DNA from: Tubiluchus corallicola
Taxonomy: Eukaryota > Animalia > Priapulida
Length of the DNA stretch: 64,000 bases
Assembly (NCBI GenBank): GCA_030141605.1
Contig: JAQGDQ010000392.1
Location: 124,001-188,000 of the forward strand
Direction: 5' to 3'
Notes under the pieces: model-generated
What the model saw: the letters and a program-made list of their open reading frames with translations, nothing else
What the model was told of the DNA's origin: nothing
The model's database searches: none
Part shown: piece by piece, positions 54,901-64,000 of the stretch
Layout: every line of letters begins with the position of its first letter
Position numbering within the stretch: the first letter of the stretch is position 1
Program-made: the position numbers and the translations under genes

Positions 54901-55095
54901 ACTTGTTAAGAATTTTCTTTTTCCAGTTACATAACTCATTCAAGTAGGTATCCGAAATACTAATTATAGAAAGTTTTTTGGGACATAATTTAACATTGCC
55001 TACTCCTTAATACTACGTACCTTCACATCCTGTACTGTGTCTGAGAGGGATACCTCCAACGCATGGAGTTTCTGACCTTGAATAAACAGTTGCAT
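51959..55095 (-). CDS. FAU: Ubiquitin-like FUBI - 40S ribosomal protein eS30 fusion, 133 aa
   Basis: Coding exons (minus) 55095-55021, 53862-53718, 53063-53008, 52084-51959. Translation [15 protein letters not shown]...ARMVGG|[52 protein letters not shown] has the canonical length. Confidence 0.96.
53242..53527 (-). mobile_element. CR1-type LINE 3' fragment in a FAU intron, with 13-bp target-site duplication
   Basis: Encodes [26 protein letters not shown] (CR1 ORF2 C-terminal RGH..KL..F motif). Ends in AATAAA plus (ATCTA)n. Direct repeat AATCAAATGACTT at 53229-53241 and 53528-53540. Confidence 0.75.
54544..54940 (-). mobile_element. Same repeat family as 4627-5061, copy 3 (FAU intron, inverted)
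   Basis: The reverse complement aligns with copy 1 (AAAAGAAAATTCTTAA, GAATGCTCTGATTATT, TTAAAATGGCT). Boundaries are approximate. Confidence 0.6.
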
Positions 55096-57212
55096 GGCTT
55101 CCTAGTGATAACAAGAATCAAACTATTAAATATCACTATTCATTATAGAAACCACAGGACCCACTAATATAATAATACTGACTCATATGCAAACCGACGT
55201 AGTAACAGCTATTACGGCTGGCTAATATACTAAGTGGTTCATACTGGGAATTCGAAACCTGCCAAACAGTTGCTTTATATTCCATCAGCAAACATATAAG
55301 ACACTAAAAATCATTTATTTGTATATCAAAAATGCATTTGTGAAATTAAATGTGTGCTTTTCAGCAAAATCGTCCACAAGTCGGCATTAAAGCTTTTCTA
55401 GTTATTCATATATCCTGAATCTCAATTTCATGAGGATCTCTTTGATACCAAGCTCATCACTCTATGTTATTTTTAAGCTGAGACAATCCATTTTGAAGTT
55501 GAGGTGCACGCTACTCACTGAAAAACTTAATCTTGAGAAAATCACTGTTAAAGTTTAGTCCTTGTTTTTTGTCGCGTTTCTACAAACACTCGGCAACTGC
55601 ACAAATGTTGGTTGCCATGGACATCGCAAGAACACACTGAAGTTATGTTTAAATCCAGTAGATAGGCTTGGCAACACGAATGCTTCCACAAGCTACTATC
55701 AGAGTTTGAAAATGCAAGTTTTTTTTTACAATTCTAACACTAGTTTTTAGCCATAGAAGTGGGTACAGGGTTATAAAATTAGATTTTTAGTATTTTTTGG
55801 ACATTTTCTGGACAATTTGATGTTAGAATACAAAAGTCCAATATATTTAGCATTTGCTTTTATAAAAACAAAAAAATTGACATTTGACCAAATTTTTGGT
55901 GCTTTCTGCTTTGAAGCATAACAAAGTTGTTTTAACTATGCCAACTTTTGGATGGTTTTGCTTTGCAAGCACACAAATGTGTAAATTCGAATGGGACCTC
56001 TGATCTCTCTGACAAATACTAAAGATTGCCTAATAATAACACTGATTATTTTTTTTATCAAATATGATCATTAGATAAGGGTTGTCCGCATAACTTACAA
56101 TTATAAGTGACACCCAGGAACATAAAGGACAAGAAAACCTATTTGCTTACATAATGCTAAAAAATTCGTCTTGGAATCTTATACTACCTACATAATTGCC
56201 TCATCGCCTACTGAGCTTGTACTAGCAGCAATGCTATACAAAACTTGAAACTTAAACTCCAGTGACTGTTAGTCGCAGTCACTTTGACGAAAGGTTATTA
56301 GAAACAAGTTTACACGACACTGCGTAAAGTTTAAAATAGAAATCAGCATTCATAGCATACAATTCACTAACTTAGCAAGAGTACAAATTACTGTATCTTG
56401 TCAATGAGAGCAATTTTAATATCATATCAACATGCTTCATTGTTAGCCAGTCATACACACTGGGATGGTGAGTCACTGACATTTTACGAGTTGGCGTGAA
56501 CATTTTGAATTACCAAGCATTTTGCAAATTAATATAACATTGCAGGTAAGCGCGATGCAAATTAATATAACTTTGTACAGCAAGTTTTTTGTGATAAACT
56601 TTAAAATTGCCTTTTCTTCCTCTCAAAGAATTTTGTTGTATTTTGAAGGACTACAAAGTACAATAAAATATTGTAAAACTTGATTCTGACTGACTGAACA
56701 AAGTGATCTGGGATTTAAATTTATTCTCCATTTAAAGGACACAAGATTATCATACTAAACTTCTGAAATAATTACTTAATTTATAAATTCATAGTTGCTA
56801 ATTGATAACGTCATTATCACTGTTATTTACAATCTATTTTAGTTTATAGTATTTACAATCTAGTAGTAGTAGAATTTAAAAAAATATTCTGAATTATGAG
56901 TATCAGTCTCAGAACCAGAACGCCATAAATACTATCATACTTATTTAGCTTTTCCACTAGTCCGCAAAAGTTAAAAAAACATAATTAGTATTATAGTAAG
57001 TTACAAAAAATGAAAATATATTATTATTAATAATATTATTAATTATATAAACTAAACTATATACAAAATTTCAAGACGCAGAACAGTAATAATTCGTTTT
57101 GAAACTGCACCAGTGATTTTTCACTCACTGACTTTCTTAACTGACACTGTATTATTACATTCTTTCAATATACGAACAATATTATACAACAATTTTTTCA
57201 GATTTCACAAAC

Positions 57213-57256
57213 CTTGTGCAACAAGCAAATGGCTTTGCGATAAAAAGGAGGAAAAG
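57213..57256 (-). promoter_or_regulatory. FAU: FAU non-coding first exon with 5'TOP/TCT-type initiator
   Basis: Minus strand reads CTTTTCCTCCTTTTT-atcgcaaagccatttgcttgttgcacaag|GTTTGT. A polypyrimidine start is typical of ribosomal protein genes, and the donor fits the acceptor before the FAU exon starting at 55101. Confidence 0.75.
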
Positions 57257-58094
57257 TGCGCCGCCTATGAACTAGGCCGTTAATGTTTCGCTGATAAAGA
57301 TCAATGGTTTACAGACCGTGCGCAGAGCCATGTGAACTACTTTTACACTGAGATCAATAAAAAATCTTATCTATTAATCCTTAAGACTTTCACAAGAAAA
57401 CTCCCCCAGAAACAATTAATTTACGCTGCTAGGCCCTTAACACAATAATATGAGTTAGTTAACATACGAAATGGTGTAGATGCACACCATGTAACTGTCT
57501 GTAACATGACCTTTGCTAGACTGCAAAGCGAGTTTTAGGTTTGTCTTTTAGATGACAATGATACGTTATTGGACTAAGTAGTATTGATTTTAGTCACTAC
57601 TCTCTTTTTCAGGATAGTTCCAATGTTTTGATAGGATAAAGGTCCGGAAAATTTCTAGACCATTCAGTCCCATTCTACATTTAAATATCGCAGGACGTGT
57701 GAAACAATTTAAAGCCTCTACATTAAATATTGATTGGCACGATCAAGTCCTTATTGTTTCAGCAATACCTTGATGTAATAATTTTTTTGTACTATTACCC
57801 GTTGTTACTGTACCTGTCTTCGGCTTTGTTGGCTTGCAAAATCAAAATATATATGGTTTTTGATTATAAATAAAATAAGGCTGAACTTTCTAGAAACTTC
57901 TTTGTGACAAACTCTTGGCTCACCAAAATGTAACAGCTTTAAAATTTTAACAACATTATATTAAATCTGAAAGACTTAATTAAGCATGTCATGATTTCTA
58001 TGATCAGAATGATCGACAACTTATTGTGATTAATATTATTGTTATTTGTGATGGAGTTAACAGTAATTAATAGTGCTGATCATTATGTGGATGA

Positions 58095-58235
58095 TAAGGA
58101 TTGATGAGCATGATGGCTAATGATAGAGATTAAGATGATGATAATGAAGGTGATAAATATGGTATTGATGATGGCGACAGGATGAGAATGACAATGATGC
58201 CTATGATATTGATTATGGTTATGACAATGATAATA
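58095..58235. repeat. Degenerate (GAT/AAT)n low-complexity tract
   Basis: Read directly; explains the His/Ile-rich spurious ORF 58083-58298. Confidence 0.65.
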
Positions 58236-58578
58236 AAAGCTGCCATCACTAGTGCACACCAACAGAGTGCACACCAACCTGAAAATACCTGATAACAAAA
58301 TTCATGGGATCGTTATTGACTAGATAGAGAAGCTCACAGACTTTTCAATTGTGCAATGAAACAAGGGTGTATTAGAAAATAAATTTTGTTGCCGTGATCA
58401 CTTGCAATAGTCGCCAAAACTATAGGGCTGCATTAAACAGGAGAGTTTTTATAGTTTCAACTGTAGTTTATCAGATAATATTATTGACCATGAGTCGGTC
58501 AATATTCAGAATCACAGTAAACGCTTTGCTAAGATAAATGCTCTGTATTGTATAAAACATTCTTTTGGGCATATAGGT

Positions 58579-58600
58579 ATATATATATATATACACGTGT

Positions 58601-58648
<48 letters not shown>

Positions 58649-58675
58649 GCGCGCGCACGCGCACACACACACACG
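58579..58675. repeat. Compound (TA)n-(CA)n-(CG)n microsatellite
   Basis: Read directly; alternating purine-pyrimidine tract. Confidence 0.9.
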
Positions 58676-59298
58676 TACACAAATATATTGAAATAAAAAA
58701 GATAAATGTGTGTGTTTGTGTGTATGTATTGCTTACGTTTTCAAATATACTCTGCTACTAAAAATATTACAGTAACAAGTTTCCGTAAGGTTTTAAAATT
58801 ATTGCGGCAAGAAGTTAATTTTTTTATGGTTTAATGTGACTGTGGGGCTGTGGTCGTTACCATGTTTGCCGTTACGATGGTCGTCTAGCAGCGAAAAAAG
58901 AAAATTGCGGTGAATTCTGGGAAACATGCTCAACTGACGCCATTTTAAAATTGTGCATTTTGGTTTGTGCGACAATGAATTAAATAAAATGTTGTCTTAA
59001 CATGATTTGTGAACACTAAATAGTTAATATCATTAAAGTCCTACTGTCGTCTGTTAGGTAATTTAACAAAAAACTTACTGTTTTTATTACACTTTACGTA
59101 AGTTGATTTTGTAAACAGGATCTAGAAATTAGCCTTGCTGTAGTCATAAGTCGATGATGATGATAAGATGCTAATTATTGTTGTATTGCTAAGTCTCCTT
59201 AATCGGCAGAGTAACTGCTCGTGAATATAATAAGAATCTTTATTTAAAGTCGGCTTTTGTATGATCAATGAACATTAGCTGAAATAGCTATTATCCCC

Positions 59299-61880
59299 GA
59301 CATAGACATAGACATAGAACATTTATTTTCTCCATTTGTTTGACATGACAAGTTTTTTTTAAATATTACTTAATTATAGTAGTGGAGCAGGGCAGGGAAG
59401 GACCATAGGGTCATCTAGTCTCCTGCCCTGTCTTATAATTAAATTAGTATATTAAAAGTAAATGGTGAGACTGCGGATAACAAAATCAAATAGGAAAGAA
59501 ATAATAATATTAAACAGTATAAATGAAAACAAAGTATAAATGAAAACAGTATAAGTGAAAACAAAAAATAATAAAGTTAGATGACACCTAAATCTAAACA
59601 AAACAATACAATTAATACAAGTAATTATGATTATTACATATATTTTCAAATAGGGGCCTTAATGACAGGGGATTTTGACTGTATGGAGAGATAAAATAAG
59701 TATCAAAAAAGTGTAATATAGAAAATTTAAGAGAAAAAGTTAGTATAAGAAAGAGCAACAATTACTTAGGAGATGAGAAAAAAAACACTTGATAGCTTGC
59801 TTATTAGTCTTACAAGTTATGTATTACAGGTATATTCATTTAGTAAGAATTTTCTGTATTTTTTGGAAGCAGAAAATAAGCTACCTCCAAAGGTATCTTT
59901 TGGCAACGAGTTCCATAATTTAACTCCTCGTGATTTTAAGCTATTGAAACCATGTCGGGTAAAAAATCTCTCCACAAAATACTGTTCATTAGAAGCAGCT
60001 CTTGTGGAGTATGAATGTATATCAGAAACATTAGTGAAATATTCACTAAAAAGTTCGGGTAATAAACCAGCATTGAATTTATACATAAATTTGAACAACT
60101 CAAGATTGTAAATATCTCTTACTTTTAAAATTTCTAATTTTACGAACGATGGTGTAGCATGATCATATTTGCGAGCAAAAGTTATTAGTTTTACTATTTT
60201 GTTTTGTTGTGTCTGTATTAATTTTTGAATTGATGCAAAAGCCGTACCCCATGTTAGGATGGAATATTGTAAATAAGGGAAAACTAACGAATTATATAGA
60301 AGTTTCAGAATATATTGGTCAACGTAGTGCCTTACTTTTAAAATTATTCCAGTAATTCGACTTAATTTGTATGTTATGTGTTTTATATGTGGTTCCCATG
60401 TTAATTTATTATCAATGAGTAGGCCCAAGTATTTGATGTTGTCTGTTTCTTCAATTTTGTGTTTGTTTATTATAATATGAAATTTTGGATTATTAGCATT
60501 GTTAATTTGCTTATTGTTGATTATCATAAATTTGGTTTTTTTTGTAGTTAATTGATAGCTGGTTTGCCCTCATCCACAGGTCTATTTTTTTCATTTCGTC
60601 ATTAACAGATTTTTGCAAATTATTTATATTGGAGTCAGACATGAACAAATTAGTGTCATCGGCAAATATTCGGGTTTGAAAGTTGCTGCATGTGGGAAGA
60701 TCGTTAATATAAATTAAGAATAGAAGAGGTCCTAAATTAGAGCCTTGTGGCACTCCACACGATATGTGTTTATAGTCTGATGATACATTGTTAATAGATA
60801 TGAATTGTTTTCTGTTAGTTAGATATGACTGAATTAGTTGCAAAGGTAGACCTCTGATGCCATAATGGTTTAATTTGGCTATTAGTATACTATGCTGTAC
60901 GGTATCAAAAGCTTTTGATAAGTCTAAAAATATTCCGCAATTCAGTAATTTTTTGTCAGTGTCTAGAGAGATCGTGTCAATTAATTCGGATACAGCAAGG
61001 GCAGTTGAATAATTTTTTCTGAAACCAAACTGGTATTTACTTAGGATATTACTTTTCACAACAAACTGGTATAATCTCTTGTAAATTAGCCTCTCAAAAA
61101 CTTTTGATACTGGTGATAAGAGAGATATTGGTCTGTAATTGCCAGGTTCATGTGGAGAGCCAGTTTTATATAAAGGAATAACTTTTGCTATTTTTAATAT
61201 ATTTGGAAAAGTTCCAGCATTAACCGATTTATTAAACAGTAATGTGAGTATTGGTGAAATAATTTGACTTGCAGATTTAAAAAAAGATATTGGTATATTT
61301 TGTGGTCCTGGTGATTTGTTTGAATTAAGTGTGTTTAAAAGTGTGCATGTTTCATTTTCAGTAATAGGATTAATGAAAAAAGAATTTGGGTTAGGGTTTT
61401 TCAAAAAGTCAGTAAAATTAACGTTAGGTTTAGGTATTTTGGCAGCCATGTCAGGGCCTATATTTACAAAAAACTCATTTAGTTTACTGGCAATATCATA
61501 TGTATCTGTATAGTCCACATTATTTATTGTTAACTTACTTGGTGTTTGTCGTGTTTTTGGATCAGTTTTTATAATACTGTTTATTGTTTCCCAAGTTTTT
61601 TTCATGTTATTCTTGTGTTTTTGCAATGCTTCAGTGTAATATTGTTTTTTTGATGATTCTTTGACATGATTTAATTTATTTGAGTAGGATTTGTAGTAGA
61701 TTTGTTTGTATAAATTATTTGAGAGTTTGTGTGATTTGTAAAGACGTGATCTGATTTTAATACTATTTAAAATTCCTTTAGTGATCCATGGTTTTTGAAA
61801 TGTAATAGTGTCTTTCCTAGACAGAGTTTGCAAAGGAAAATGATTATTAAACACATTGAAGAGTATTTCATTAAATACTG
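59299..61880 (-). mobile_element. 5'-truncated non-LTR retrotransposon (CR1/L2-group LINE) with ORF2 reverse transcriptase, 3'UTR stem-loop and (TCTATG)n tail
   Basis: ORFs 61854-60511 and 60527-59817 carry KPWIT, NYRPISLL, QFGFR, FLDLSKAFD, GVPQGSNLGPLLFLIYINDL, FADD, KYLGLLID and GVKLWNSLP. The endonuclease domain is absent. On the minus strand AATAAA is followed by ttctatgtctatgtctatgtc (~59299-59327). Confidence 0.92.
59817..61854 (-). pseudogene. LINE ORF2 (RT) interrupted by a single extra A in a homopolymer
   Basis: The T8 run at 60536-60543 (A8 on minus) breaks the frame. Removing one A gives a continuous ...LSINYKKTKFMIINNK... joining the two ORFs. Confidence 0.8.
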
Positions 61881-61943
61881 TAAGTGTAAATAAGAAACTA
61901 AAATTACACCTCTATTAAAAGAGACTGTCATTACCCCACCTTT

Positions 61944-62077
61944 ACCCTAAATACGGCGCACCAGGCAAAAGTAACATCGATCCATTTTTAAAGTGTTTGG
62001 TATGACCTGGCCTCTGAGTCGAACTCACTACCTCACAGACAGAATGCGGACGCATTACCTCTAGACTAAACTGTCCG
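61944..62077 (-). mobile_element. tRNA-derived SINE remnant (central domain reminiscent of MetaSINE-type cores)
   Basis: Minus strand: A-box-like TAGTCTAGAGG, B-box GTTCGACTC, then GGTCATACCAAACACTTTAAAAATGG...TGCCTGGTGC. The family assignment is from memory and not verified. Confidence 0.55.
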
Positions 62078-63281
62078 CTCAAATAATTAATTTGCTAAAC
62101 ATTGACTTGCTATGATAGTGGCAGTTACAGTACCTTTTCTAAATTATGTAGGCACATTGTAAGTTTGTCCTACCTCTCTGTCTTTAGTAAGCAGCAAGGT
62201 AAAATAGGCTACTTATTGAGTGAAGTTACTTGCCACTCGGATTTCACACTGGCCGATTAAACCAATTGTTAGTGATGGCATACTTCTACTTCGTTCTAAG
62301 ATTTGTCTTTTGCCTTGAAATGGTGACAGGCACTCATGATTAATTTTTTATAACTGCTTTTTAAACACCTTTTATTTCTTGTAAATTAAAATAATTTTCT
62401 TAGAGAGAAAATAAGCTGAATAGTATGTGACCGTAAGACTGGTACTCTTTTAAATTCAGTCACTCTTTTACACGTCTTTATGCCATTTTCTCTTTTTTGC
62501 TGCAGTTCATTAACATTTTAGTAAGTGTTTGAATAATTGGTTGATTCGATGTTGTGTTTTATTTGCTAAAGTTGTCACTTCATTCCACAGTATTTCTTTT
62601 TTGTACAAAAAAGTAGACGTGTGTCCTGTCTATTTATTATAAGACAATATACATGTGCCAGTACTATCACTCAGTGAGAAATTACATAATGTCTATAAGT
62701 AATCTAGAAAGCATTTTCGATTTTCAAAATTAACCAAGTTCAATAGCAAAAAACTGTCAACTCCTTTACAATTCCGCTTCACAGAAATTGAAAGTTAGGA
62801 GGCCGTATAACCAATATTTATCATAAAATTATGATACGTTGTAAATAAAAAAATTAATATGAATTAAGTATGTAGTCCATCAGGCATTGTCTTAGCTTTC
62901 CATAACTTAAGAACACCAACATTTGGATTTTTTTAAACATTTATCTTGCACAAAATTTGCCTGCTATGTCGCCGTTATAGTATAACATAATTAACTGCTG
63001 ATTTAACAAATGCTTATAAATAATTCCAGAAGGAACATTCGTCGGTCTTTTGAAACAAGTAGACTTAACTGTGATCAGCAGAATAAAGTTCAAACAAATT
63101 TTAAAAATAAATATAATTTCGAGGCCGTAGCCACGAGCTGTTTGTATGAAAGTGGGAAGCCTTTTCACTTTCACGTGTTGCTATTTGCTTCAAGCTGACA
63201 CACAAACTATTTCGCGTTTCCCGCAAAAACAAATGGAGTAAAACGACATAGTGGGTGTGCAAGTTGCATAAAAAAGCAAAT

Positions 63282-63284
<3 letters not shown>

Positions 63285-63323
<39 letters not shown>

Positions 63324-63330
63324 AGGTAGG

Positions 63331-63410
<80 letters not shown>
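63285..63410. repeat. (GA)n microsatellite / polypurine tract
   Basis: Read directly from the sequence. Confidence 0.95.
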
Positions 63411-63415
<5 letters not shown>

Positions 63416-64000
63416 CTTCTAGCTTGATCGCGAGTGCTGAAAAAACTGCTTAGTTTAGTACTGTGTGAAGTAAATTTCATCTCCAGTGCTCATTAAATTC
63501 ATATCAAAGTCAGACATTGGGCAAATTCCATTTTTCGTTGTTGTTTCTTTTTCAGTTGCCCGGTTCTATTAATTTCGTCCATTTTTTGCGATCGTGGAAC
63601 AATCAGAGGCCCTGAACTGTATTGGTCTGAATGATTGTTGGTTGGAGATGAACCATGCCACCTGCTGGTGGTGAACACTGAATTGGATTAAATTTTATTT
63701 CTGTTTTTTCAGTTTACACGATAGGGTCATAAGGGTCCTAAAAATAGAAGCCGCAACCATGTTTTGGCGATTTCATCAGATGACCACGTCGCATATCGAC
63801 ACATTGCTGAGCAAAGAGGTTAGTATGATATTGAGCTGCTTAAACGTAAAAGAGTTATCGTTCTTGTGAAAATGGTGGACATATTTCCATTGGCCTGCCT
63901 CATATTAGATTGTATCTGGCTGTCAAGCAGTAAATTCTTTATGAGCTCACTTGAAATCTTAGAACAATTATTATATACATAAATTTCACTTAAAGTTGCA

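Noticed and set aside
60530-60547. Programmed -1 frameshift at A_AAA_AAC between the two LINE ORFs
   Set aside because: The -1 frame reaches TGA within a few codons, and restoring the protein needs a +1 shift. A homopolymer insertion is the simpler explanation.
63190-63480. ORFs made of SL or VC repeats (63190-63480, 58471-58680)
   Set aside because: Translations of microsatellites.

Overview
AT-rich, intron-containing eukaryotic genomic DNA, most likely from an invertebrate animal; the species cannot be determined from the sequence. I assembled six protein-coding sequences by hand. Four are multi-exon genes with GT-AG introns and consistent phases: a PP2A B56 regulatory subunit (PPP2R5A/B/E, widerborst-like; + strand, 11 coding exons, ~468 aa), ZFPL1 (-, 6 exons, ~306 aa), ESF1 (+, 14 coding exons, ~843 aa) and FAU (FUBI-eS30; -, 133 aa, 5'TOP). 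The other two are intronless MOCS2A and MOCS2B ORFs (+). Mobile DNA includes a 5'-truncated CR1/L2-group LINE, a CR1 3' fragment, a young Mutator-like MITE, a hAT MITE, TTAA-flanked non-autonomous elements, tRNA- and 5S-derived SINE remnants, a Penelope-like remnant and simple repeats. The most unusual locus is 36741-37754. A 3-codon uORF is followed by MOCS2A and MOCS2B, which lie in the same frame separated only by TAA-ATC-AAT. The ESF1 start codon follows after a 163-nt gap that has no evident promoter or canonical poly(A) signal. This suggests a nested or tricistronic transcription unit, and its MOCS2B has swapped two conserved active-site basic residues.
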